Source of the DNA: Squalus acanthias
Lineage: Eukaryota
DNA: 64,000 nucleotides
Direction: 5' to 3'
Assembly: GCA_030390025.1 (NCBI GenBank)
Contig: JASTWF010000367.1
Span: 248,001-312,000 of the forward strand
The position numbers and the translations under genes are program-made. This document shows positions 38,093 through 49,609 of the stretch, piece after piece; within the stretch, counting starts at the first letter, position 1; each line of letters begins with the position of its first letter. The notes beneath the pieces were generated by a model. The model ran no database searches and was not told where the DNA came from. It was given only the letters and a program-made list of their open reading frames with translations.

Positions 38093-38724
38093 GACAGAAA
38101 GAAAGGGAACCAGGTGAGCGGGGCCATAATGAGAAATTAAGGGGGAAGATTCGAAAAAAAATGAACGGAGACAGCCCCACTTTGGAATAATAAAATATCA
38201 ATTTTATTTTGTTTTCAGCCTTTAAATACCGATCGGTGAAATGACATTACAAGCGAATCGATAAAATCGTTAAAGGAAGAGGTTGGTCCGTTTCAAAGGT
38301 GATTTAGTTAACATACTTAAAATGTATTTTGCTTAACATTAAATTGTTGATTATACATAAAAAATAAAGAATAATCTTCCAAGCAGAGCAATAAAGAGAT
38401 CAATGTGATACTGGAAGTACCCGGATGTGTTTTCTCGGGCAGGGCCTTGTCCACAGTGTGTGAAAGACCGGAAAACTGTCGACATGGCCAGAACCTGGGA
38501 TATTTCTCCATGGAGCATGCAAAGTTCAGGAGAGATTTGTTCAAAATTATGAACAAGGCAGCTTACTAAATAAGGCAGCATTGTTTCCACTGGCAGGAAC
38601 GCTGGTGATCACGGCAACAAGTTAAGGTAATTGGCAAATGATCCAGCGAGGAGATTCGGAGTTTTTTTTGTTACACAGCGAGCTGCTTTCATCTGGAATG
38701 CATTGCCTGAAAGCGTACCGCAAG

Positions 38725-39174
38725 CAGATTACAACTCCCTTCACGACCTGTGGACGTCCCAAAGCGCTTTAGAGATAATGAAGTACTTTTTGAAGTGTAG
38801 TCACTGTTGTAATGTAGGAAGCGGGTCAGCCAATTGGAGCACAGCAAGCACCCACAAACAGCAATGAGAAAATGACCAGATAATCTGTTTTAGTGATGTT
38901 GGTTTAGGGAGGAATATTTGCCAGGACTCTGTGGAGACCTCCCCTGCTCTTCTTTGAAGAAGTGCTGTGGGATCTTTTATGTCCTCCTGACAGAGCAGTC
39001 GAGGCCTCGGTTTGACTTCTCATCCGAAAGACGGCACCTCCGACAGTGCAGCACACACTCAGTACAGCATTGAGGTGTCAGCATAGATTTTGTGTTCTAA
39101 TCTCTGGAGCGGGACTTTAACCCATTGCCATCTGATTCAGGGGCCAGAGAGCTACCACAGAGCCACTGCTGACA
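38725..39174 (-). mobile_element. tRNA-derived SINE with Deu-domain-like core (SacSINE1/AmnSINE-like)
   Basis: Minus-strand head with A box TGGCTCTGTGG and B box GGTTAAAGTCCC. Core CATCCGAAAGACGGCACCTCCGACAGTGCAGCAC recognised as DeuSINE-like from memory. Confidence 0.75.
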
Positions 39175-39359
39175 ACTTTATAAAAAGAGTATTCAACGAA
39201 TCTAGCCGGTAGACCGTAATGAACAGCAAAGGCCGCTTGGTAAATAAAATAAATAACGTAGATCACATGTGAATCATTGAAGGCTTGTATGAGAGACAGC
39301 GCTCAAGGCATTATTTAAATATAGTTACAGTGTTCAAACACATAAAATGGGATTCTTTA

Positions 39360-39860
39360 ATCCAGGGACCCAGACATCGCGAGATAAAGGGAGGGGGATT
39401 GAGAGGACTGACGGTTTACTGACACTACTGCAAGTTTCCTCAATTAGAGAAGATTCCTGAGGATCCGCCAGCGGCTGAAATAATCTCAGTGTTTAAAATA
39501 AGGCCAGGAGAGATCCAGTGGGTGAGCACCTGGGAGAGAAGCAATGTGAAAGGGAATTATATTGGTTTAAGGGACGATGTGTCATCCTTAACTAACCTGC
39601 TGGAGTTTCTGAAACACATCACTGGCCTGTAGGGCAGGGGGAATGCAGTGGGAATGACCCAGTCGGATATTAACGAAGCAGCGGACAAGGTTCCACATCT
39701 ACAAACGGTGAGGAATTATGGGATGGGTGGGAGCTCTGGCTCTGCACAGACAGCTAATTACAAAATGAAAGCAGTTTATCGACAAATGAGAACCTGTAAG
39801 GGACGGGTGACTATTGAACATCTGGGATCTTCCTTGGTATCAGTTTATTTATAATCTTTT
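39360..39860 (+). mobile_element. Very old CR1 RT relic
   Basis: Only short motifs survive, e.g. TCCTTAACTAACCTGCTGGAGTTT (S.LTNLLEF) and GACAAGGTTCCACAT (DKVPH). Confidence 0.45.
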
Positions 39861-40059
39861 GTTCAATAGAAGCTAAATGGGGCTGAGGGCATCTTAGACA
39901 CAATAACAATGAAAATCATACCAGCATAGGTAACACTAGAAAACCATTGGAATGTACTGCGCGGGAGTATGTAATTTGACCCATTCTATTTGCACTGGGT
40001 TCTTTGAGACAGCAATCAAAAACTATCGGCACTGTCCTCTCTCTCCACAGATATTAATT

Positions 40060-42110
40060 TTCTCTTTTTACAAATATTCACCTAACTTTCCCTTAACTAT
40101 TATCTGAGGAAAAACATTCCATGCTCCAGCACCCCTTTGCATAAAAAAGTTTATTCTAACCGCTCTGCTCATTCCCTTTGTGACCGTTTTAAGGCGGTCG
40201 CCCTTTATTGCTCGCTCCCTTACTAGACGGAATAATCTCTCCCTCTTCACTCTGACGAAACAGTTGATAATTTTTAGCACCTCTAATAAATGTCCTCTTA
40301 GCTTTCGCTTGCTCCAGTGTAAATAGTCAAATATCGTGTCCCTCATCACCAGTATAGTTCTGATCCATGGCACCATCCTGTTGATACAAAGCTAGGTGGG
40401 ACAGTAAGCTGTGAGGAGAAAACAGTCTGCAAAGGGATATAGATAGAGTAAGTTAGTAGGCAGTAAGGTGGCAGATGGAGTATAATGCAGGGAAATGAGA
40501 GGTTATTCACTTTGGTATGAAGAATAGAAAAACAGAATATCTTTTAAATGGTGAGAAACTTTCAAATGTTGGTGTTCAGAGAGATGTGGGTGGCCTCCTT
40601 CAAGAATCACAGAAGCTAGCATGCAGGTGCAGCAAACAATAAGGAAGGCAAATGGCATGTTGGCCTTTATTGCAAGTGGTTGGAGTATAAGAGTAGGAAC
40701 GTCTTGCTATAATTGTACAGGGCCTTGGTTGGACCAAACCTGGAGTATTGTGCACAGTTCTGGTCTCCGTATCTAAGGAAGGATATACTTGCCTTGAACG
40801 CGGTGCAACGAAGGATCACTAGATTAATTCCTGAGAAAGAGGGTTTGCCTATGATGAGTGATTGTGTAGAATGGGACTATACTCTCTGGAGTTTAGAAGA
40901 ATGAGAGGTGATCTCATTGAAACATACATAATTCTGAAGGGGATTGACAGGGTAGATGCAGAGAGCTTTTTTCCCCTGGCGGGAGTATCTAGAACTAGGG
41001 GGCGTATTCTCGGGGTAAGGCGTCGGCCATTTAAGACTGAGATGTGGAGGAATTTCTTCACTCAGAGGGTTGTGAATCTGTGTGATTCGCTGCCCCAGAG
41101 GGCTGTGAGTGCTGAGTCTTGGCGTATATTCAAGGCTGAGATAGATAGATTTTTGGACTCTAGGGGAATCAATGGATTTAGAGATCGGTCGGGAAAGTGG
41201 AGTGAGGTCGATGATCAGCCATGATCTTATTGAATGGCGGAGCAGGCTCGAGGGGCCGTATGGCCTACTCCTCCTCATACTTCTTATGTTCTTATGTTCC
41301 TATGAAAGCGGAGAGAGTGATTGTGGGAAGAGGACGTGGGATCTTGGAGTAACTTTGGGAGATGTGGGCTCAGAGTGAGGAGCTCAGACAGCAGAGAAAG
41401 ACAGAAATTCACGTGAACCCTCCGCGAGACCTTTCTCACCAATTAGCACTAGCATTTAAGTAAGGGTGAAAAGGTTTTTTATTATCATTAAGAGAAATTG
41501 GAATCAGTCAGAAAACTATAGAAATTATTTTATATTTGCTAGTGGTTCAACTGAAGCGTGTCACGCACTTTATCCAATCATTACAATACATTAGTAAAGG
41601 AAATAAATTCATAAAAATCATTGAAAATTGGTATTGAAACTAAACATTAGGAGTTTCTCAGCAATTATCTGTGAGAAATGCCTCCTTTAGTTTCACCCCA
41701 ATCCTGCATCTCTTGCTGTAGCCGGATCCTTATATTTTGCTCCATTTTCAAAATTAAGAAGCTCAGCCCATTACCGGTCTCCCATAATGCATTTTCAACC
41801 TCTCATCACCAGTATAGTTCTGATCCATGGCAGCATCTTGTTGTATCTACACTGCCCTCTCTCAGTGGATTTAATGCCCTTTCCACAATGATGGGTCGAA
41901 GCTTTACCTGTTATTCTAACGGTGGCCTTACCAGCATTGTGTAAAGATTCATCATCACTTGTTTGTTCTTGTGATCAATGTCTCTGTCTATAAAACAGTA
42001 ATTCATGTTGGTTTGCTCATGAACATTCTAGGAATTGGGTATTAGGATCCCTATCGCTCGCTCTTCATCCACACCATTCAGCTCCCTGCCATTGAGACTT
42101 TGCTCCCATT
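40060..42110 (-). mobile_element. Old CR1 3' fragment, interrupted by the duplicated block 40383-41803
   Basis: ORF 40068-40376 (KRKLRGHLLEVLKII..NFFMQRG..AWN). Degenerate CR1 sequence resumes after 41802. Confidence 0.6.
40383..41803 (+). repeat. Direct duplicate of 35285-36709 (CR1 3' end plus about 500 bp of non-CR1 flank)
   Basis: Collinear high similarity including sequence beyond the CR1 tail. Bracketed by a 42-bp direct repeat at 40342-40383 and 41802-41843. Confidence 0.92.
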
Positions 42111-43093
42111 CCTTGGCGTTTCCAGCACAATTGGCCGAGATCACAGATGAACAATTTGTAACTGATTCAAAGTTTCTGGTATTTTTCAGTTAATATTTGG
42201 AAAAATGTGTAACCACATAATAAGACGATAATGACCAAAGATTCTTTCTGATCGTCTGCAAATGTTCATCCAAACACAGAATACTGAATATTAGTTGTAA
42301 TTTACCTTAATTTCTGGCAGTGGTTTTAACAGATCACTTGCAACAATTGCAAGAATGAATAACTTTATGAAAAGTCATTTTACATTATTTTACACTTTTG
42401 TTTGGGAGACTGATTGCGACAGAATATCAATAATTTTACTCATGAAACTTTTCTCGAAAGCACAACACAAGAGCAGACTCCACCTTTGTGCGGACTGAGA
42501 GATATCAGTTAGTGTACACTCGATATTTAAATCAGTATCTGGGGAAAAAGAGCTGAAAGGTCACATTGATGAGCAGAGTTCCGACTATTTCCTTAATTCG
42601 AACACTGATCAGGTGACAAGAGCCCGCTCCATTTGTCAATGAGGAATGGAGTCCGATAGAGGGTCCCGCGCCTGCAATATTCACACCAAGCCTCCAGGAA
42701 AGTTGCCAGTACCGACGATCGCATGACCTTTGATTGTTTCTGCACCGAATGAAACGTTATTGATGATTTTAAAGTGTCGCGCCCGATCCCAGTAGCTGCA
42801 GTGTAAGGTGGATTCCTCTGTTGCTCAGATGTCCACAGCTGAACCTCATCATTGCTATCTTTGGTCCCGGAACTTGAAATGTGCTAAATTTGCAGGAATA
42901 GGACATGTTTACTCAACGAAAGAAGCATGAACAAGTAAGCATTGCAGTATTCAAACACATGCTGCAAAATGGAAGAAATGTTTACACAATTTCTCATCAC
43001 ATTACCAGAAAGAAGGACGTTCTACGGTGAAAAAGGAGTTGAAATGGAGATTTAGTGACGAGGAACATTTCGTTTGATTGATTCTTTTTATTC

Positions 43094-43998
43094 TCATTGT
43101 CTAACTAATCTCAGAATGAGTGTCCAGGGGGATTTAAGCACCTTCTTCAGCTCTTCTCTGAATTTCCTCTGGGTCGCTACATAAATGCACGAGTTTTGGA
43201 AGCAACTCAAAAACTTCAACTTTGTTCCCGTTGCAGTGGCGATATATCCAGGGTCTGTGCGGTCACCTCGGTAATAGGTGGTGTTTGTCAGTCTGGTAGT
43301 TACCATACTCACGGCAGCTGTCATCCACAACAATATAAAACTGCCCGATATAGTGAACAGTAAAATGATGGATTTCCTTCGGCTCTCCATCTCTGGATCG
43401 CTCTGATTCTCACTCCTGTGACCCCGGAGTCCCCTGCGGGCTCTGCTGGCCACTAAAATACGTCTGACTGTCAAACAATTTAACAAGGCAATTAAAGTAA
43501 AAGGAAGCCAAACGCCCCAGGCGCTGTGAAACCAGATGTAGGCAACACCTGGAGGTGAGGAAACAAAAGTCACACTGTTCCGGCAGCCCCACTGCACCTT
43601 GTTAATTATTTGTTCAGCTTCAAATGCAAACAAAATGGGGATGCCCCTTAAAAAGATTATGACAGTGAACGCTGTTATAACCGCGGCCGCAGTTCTCTGG
43701 GTGCAATACTTTGCTGTAAACTTCTGGCAGCAGATAACTACAAATCGGTCGAATGTGAAGGAGACGGTGAACCAAACAGACAAATCGAGGTTGACAGCAG
43801 TCATGTATAGATTGAACTTACACACGGGAGTGTGGTACAGGAATGAAAGTGGAAAGTGATAATTGAAAATATGATACCCTATTACATTGAAGATCAAGAC
43901 AAGCAGATCTGCTGTTGCCATGGCCACCATGTAGACAGAGATACACTTGGAAAGGCCGCAGTTTCCTCGGGAGAGAATCACCATTGTCACCAAGTTCG
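43094..43998 (-). CDS. GPR139-like class A GPCR, exon 2 (TM1 end to TM7 and stop)
   Basis: AN-LVTMVIL, MATADLLVL, FTFDRFVVIC, LP in TM5, NSCIY in TM7. Polypyrimidine acceptor ..tctcttacag. Open to TGA at 43094-43096. Confidence 0.92.
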
Positions 43999-44388
43999 CT
44001 GTAAGAGAGAGAGAGGAGAGAAATAATGTTCCAGTGTCTGATTGTAGTATATATGTAGATACCTGTGGCGAGCATTTCGTTCTATTCAGTGTGATTATCT
44101 ACACGGAGTAGTGTGAGAACAGGATTAGTATTGGAGCCATTACCTGGGAAACCCACCCACACATTTTAATGAGCTTTTGCAGCGCACACTCTGCACGGGG
44201 GGACAAGACGGTCTGAAAGTCCTTAAAATCCTTGGGTTGGAGCTTCAAAGAACATGGTAACATCAGTAAGGTTAGCGGATTAAGTGTAATGTTGACCTCT
44301 AGAAAACTCATTACCTTATTAAAACAGGCTTTATGTACATGAATACAATTAACCCCGATTGACAAAAAAACACTTTACAATGGCTCAC

Positions 44389-44458
44389 CGGGGACACAGA
44401 CGGCTGCGAGAATCGGGTAGTAAATCTCTTTGATCAGCAGAATAGTTGTTTGCCCCAT
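44389..44458 (-). CDS. GPR139-like GPCR, exon 1 (MGQTTILLIKEIYYPILAAVCVP)
   Basis: ATG at 44458-44456, donor G/gtgagc, phase 1 joins exon 2 to give a 324-aa protein. YYPIL...P-AN is the GPR139/142-type TM1. Confidence 0.85.
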
Positions 44459-44899
44459 TTTCAGTGAGAATGGATGAATTCTGTCGGAGCTGAAAGACTC
44501 TGACGGGCGCACGGCTAAGGCAATGGAAGGGAACCTATATTTATCCACCCATCAATCCTCCAGCGAGTCAATCAGGTTAAATCATAATGAACATTAGTTA
44601 CAGTCATTTAACAAATAGACTCAGGTAAGCTGGTTTTTTTTTTATCTGCTACGTCAGATTAAGAGAAATCTGTAAAATTGTTGTTGGACAATTTCAAAAA
44701 AATGCAGATTTGAAACATTGTCTACGTGTATGAAGCGCAATCGCCCAGTACTGGTGCTGACCCTACTCCTACAGGCCTGGTGAAGGCAGCACCCCAGGCA
44801 ATAATTGTCATGACCCTGCCCTTGATTCATTCCTAGTGCAACAACTCCTCCAGAACAGGCAGTGATTCACATCCTGCAATACTGGTGATGAACTCAGTC

Positions 44900-47800
44900 T
44901 GGCAGTATAAGAGGTGACACCTCCCGTACTAGTTGTACCCTACATTTAGATTAGAGTGACAGTTCTCCTCCTGGGCTACTGGCACCGTAAACTTACATTA
45001 GATGTGCCCGAACTCTCAAGCACTAGTACCATGCCTACACTGGAGTTGAATGTGCTGCTATGGTAATTGTGGTAGCACTACACTAACACTGCTATTGACA
45101 GTGTTCTACCGGTACTAGTGGAATACCCCCTAATACACTAGATGAGCGTGTTCTCCTCCTGTCCCAGTGATACCCCTAAACTTACACTAGATGTGACCGT
45201 GCCTCTCAAGTCCCAGTGCTACCCCTATGCTTACACTAGATGTGACCATGCCCCTCCTGTCCCAATGTTACCCCTACACTGACACTAGATGTGAACGTGT
45301 CCCTCCTGTCCCAGTGCTACCCCTACACTTACACTTGATGTGACCATGCCCCTCCCGTCCCAGTGTTACCCCTACACTGACACTAGATGTGACCGTGCCC
45401 CTCCTGTGCCAGTATTACCCCTACACTGATACTAGATGTGACCGTGCCCCTCCTGTCCCAGTATTACCCCTACACTGACACTAGATGTGACCGTGCCCCT
45501 CCTGTCCCAGTATTACCGCTGCACTGACACTAGATGTGACCGTGCCCCTCCTGTCCCAATGTTTCCTCTACACTGACACTAGATGTGACCGTGTCCCTCC
45601 TGTCCCAGTGCTACCCCAACACTTACACTAGATGTGACCGTGCCCCTCCTGTCCCATTGTTACCCCTACACTGACACTAGATGTGACAATGCCCCTCCCG
45701 TTCCAGTGTTACCCCTACACTGACACTAGATGTGACCGTGTCCCTCCCGTCCCAGTGTTACCCCTACACTGACACTAGATGTGACAGTGCCCCTACTGTC
45801 GCAGTGTTACCCCTACACTGACACTAGATGTGACGGTCCCTCCTGTCGCAGTGTTACCCCTACACTTACACTAGATGTGATCGTGCCCCTCCTGTCCTAG
45901 TGTTACCCCTACACTTACACTAGATGTGATCATGCACCTCCTGTCCCAGTATTACCTATACACTGACAGTAGATGTAACCGTGCCCCTCCTGTCCTACTG
46001 CTACCCCTACACTTAAACTAGATTTGTGCAAGCTCCTCTGGTAATAGTGGTACCACTAAAATTACACCAGTGGTGAAAATTGTCCTTCGGTACTAGTGGG
46101 ACCCCTAAACTTACACTAAAGGTGACTGTGCTCCTCCGGTTCTAGTGGTACCCATATATTTACATTAAGTTTGACTGTGCTCCTCCCGTACTTGCAGTCC
46201 CCGACACGTACACTTGTTGTGAACGTCCTGCTCAAAAAGCTGCGCTCCTACTACACTAGTGGTAATCTACACTAACAATAGTGTTGACCGTGCTCCTACT
46301 ACACTAGTGGTAATCTACACTAACACAAGTGTTGACCGTGCTCCTCCTACACTAGTGGTAATCTACACTTACAGTAGTGTTGACCGTGCTCCTCCTACAC
46401 TAGTGGTAACCTACACTAACACTAGTGTTGACCGTGCTCCTCCTACACTAGTGGTAATCTACACTAACACTAGTGTTGAGCGTGCTCCTCCTTCACTAAT
46501 GGTAATCTACACTAACACTAATGTTGACCATGCTCCGCCTACACTAGTGATAACCTACACTTACACTAGAGGTAACAGTGCTCCTCTGGTACAAGTAGTA
46601 CCGCTACACTTAAACTAGGTGTGAGCATGTTGCTCTTGTATTAGTGGTACCCCTAAAATTACACTGGAAATAATAGCGCTCCTCCGGTTCTAGTGGTACT
46701 CCTACATTTACACTAGAAGTGACCGTGCCCCTTCAGTGCCTGTGGTACCCTACACATACACTAGAAGTGTACCTGCTCCTCCGGTATGAGTGTTACCCCT
46801 ACACCTACACAAGTGGTTAACGAGCTCGTCCTGTACGAGTGGTTCCCTACACTTGCAGCAGCGATGAGGTGAATCTACGGTACTTGTGGTAACCTTACAC
46901 TTAACAACAACAATAATTTGAATTTTTATAGTGCCTTTAACGTACTAAAACTTCCCAACTCAAGTCACAGGAGCATTCCCAAACAGGAATTGACACCAAG
47001 CCACATTGGAAGATGTTAGTTCAGCTTAAAAAATCTTCATCAACGAGGCAGGATTAATGAGCATCATAAATCAGGAAAGAGAAGTAGAGAGGCAGAGAGG
47101 TTTAGGGAAGGAATTCCAGAGCTTAGGGCTTTGGCAGCTCAAGGCACGGCCGCCAAAGTTTGAGTGATTGAAACCAGCGAAACTCAAGACTCCGGAATTG
47201 GAGAAGTACAGATATCTCGGAGATTTGTGGGGCTGGAGGGGACTACAGAGATAGGGAGGGGCCAGGCCATGTCGGGATTTGAGAACAAGGATGAGAATTT
47301 TAAAATCGAGGCGTTTCTTAACCGGGAGTTAATGTTGATCAGCGAGCACAGCGATAATGCGTAAACCGGGCTTAGTGCAAGTTAGGAGACGGGCAGCAGC
47401 GTTTTGGATGACCTCAAGTTAACTGCAAGTAGAACGTGGGAGACCGGCCATGATTGCGTTGGAATAGACAGGTCTACAGGTAAGAAGGACTTGGATGAGG
47501 GTTTCAGCCGGAGATGAGCTGAGACAGGGGCTTGGTCGAAGGATGTTCCAGAGGTGGAAATAGGCGGTCTTGGTGATGGTGCAATTATGTGTTTGGAAGC
47601 TAACCTCGGGGTCAAATATGACACCAAGGTTACAAACCGTCTGCATTAGCCTCAGACATTTCCCAGGGTGAGGGATGGAGTCCGGAGCTAGGGAACGGTG
47701 TTCGTGGTGGGGACCAAAGAAAATGACTTTGGTCTTCCATATATTTAGTTGGAGGAAACTTCTGCTCATTCAGTAATGAATGTCGGACAAGCAGTGTGAT

Positions 47801-49005
47801 CGTTTAGAGAAGGTGGAGGGTTCGAGAGAGGTGTATAGGTGGAAAATGATGATGTGATTTCGAATGGGGCACATGTACGCTGCTGACACCCAGCTGTACC
47901 TCACCACCACATCTCCCGTCACCTAAATTGTCGCACTGCTTGTCCGACATCCAGCACTGGATGAGCAGAATTCTCCTCCAAATAAATTTGTAAAGTTCGA
48001 ATCCATTGTCTTCAGTCCCCGCCACGAACCCCGTTCCCTAGCCATCGACTTCACCCCTCTCCCTACATTAAAGGTGACCGTGCTCCTCCGGTACTGGTGG
48101 TACCCCTACACTTCCACTGGAGGTGACCGAGCTCCTTCTGTAATGGTGGTACCCTACACTTACACTGGAGGTGCCCGTGCTCCTCCTGTACTGGTGGTAC
48201 TCTACACTTACACTGGAGGTGACCGAGCTCCTAATGTACTGGTGGTACCCTACACTTACACTGGAGGTGACCGAGCTCCTTCTTTTAATGGTGGTACCCC
48301 TACACTTACACTGGAGGTGACCGAGCTCCTTCTGTAATGGTGGTACCCCTACACTTACACTGGAGGTGACCGAGCTCCTCCTGTACTGGAGGTACCCCTA
48401 CACTTACACTGGAGGTGACCGAGCTCCTCCTGTACTGGTGGTACCCTACACTTACACTGGAAGTGATCGAGCTCCTTCTGTAATGGTGGTACCCCTACAC
48501 TTACACTGGAGGTGACCGAGCTCCTTCTGTACTGGTGGTACCCTACACTTACACTGGAGGTGACCGAGCTCCTTCTGTACTGGTGGTACCCCTACACTTA
48601 CACTGGAGGTGACCGAGCTCCTTCTGTAATGGTGGTACCCCTACACTTACACTGGAGGTGATCACGCTCCTCCTGTACTGGTGGTGCCCCTACACTTACA
48701 CTGGAGGTGATCACGCTCCTCCTGTACTGGTGGTGCCCCTACACTTACACTGGAGGTGACCGAGCTCCTTCTGTAATGGTGGTACCCCTACACTTACACT
48801 GGAGGTGATCACGCTCCTCCTGTACTGGTGGTGCCCCTACACTTACACGAGAGGTTGCCGTGCTACTCCTGTACTCGTGGCACCTATACTTATATCAGAA
48901 GGGATCGCGCTACTCCGGCATTCCAAGCACCACTACATTTACACTCGGTGTGACCGCGCTCCTACAGTACTGGTGATACACGACACTTACACAAGAGGTG
49001 ACCCG
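44900..49005. repeat. 48/49-bp satellite with three homogenised sub-arrays, split by an L2 insertion
   Basis: Unit CCCCTACACTTACACTAGATGTGACCGTGCCCCTCCTGTCCCAGTGTTA (period 49, e.g. 45432, 45481). Variant blocks at about 46245-46560 and 48070-48850. Confidence 0.92.
46903..48065 (-). mobile_element. L2-type LINE 3' fragment with a short oppositely oriented L2 piece at about 47870-48065
   Basis: (AAC)n tail at 46903. ORF 47419-47769 reads NLGVIFDPEVSF..ITKTAYFHL.NI..PCLSSSPAETLI. Confidence 0.8.
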
Positions 49006-49609
49006 TGCAGAACATGCGGTGGAAATGTCTGGTGCTGATTTTCTGACGGATCAAAATTTCCAGCACCCGCTCTGCCCGCTGGATGAAAATGGGTGTTAAA
49101 AATATTGGAATTTGCCCCTCTACTGTCCGTATTCCGACTCACAATCCGCCACCAAAGAGATGCTGCCTGTTGTTCGGTGGCGGTTGTCAGGAGCGATTCC
49201 TATTGGAACCACTTTATTAGGATTGTGTACTTGGGGAAACTTTCTTTCTGAAGAGTCCATGTTTTGGGCCTTTTACTATTTCCAGCTCGCGAACGGTTTC
49301 ACCATCATCACCGGCGTTGTGGGATTTTTTGACCTTCCAATGTACCCGTGTCTATGAAGAGAAAGGAGAGGGAACTGATCAGGAGCAGCAGGGCAAGCAG
49401 GCAGATGGAGACTCGCTTCAGGACGAAGTCGCCCAGAGAGACCAGTGCCCGCTGTCAGATATCTGTGACTGCAGGTCAGAGGGGGCACCGGAATAGACAT
49501 AAGATCCGAGACATCTGAAAAATGACCCAGTCCGGCTATCAGGGAGCTCTCCTCCAAAACTAAAGAGGCTCCCATCGGAAAACACCCTGATGCTTTTTTT
49601 ATAAACAAT

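Noticed and set aside
46259..46618. ORF with 16-aa repeats (VIYTNTSVDRAPPTLV) resembling a mucin or surface protein
   Set aside because: It is the 48-bp variant of the surrounding satellite; neighbouring 49-bp units break the frame.
47685..48055. Fold-back structure from inverted L2 segments
   Set aside because: The arms are clearly diverged from each other. They are explained by two L2 pieces in opposite orientation rather than a functional hairpin.
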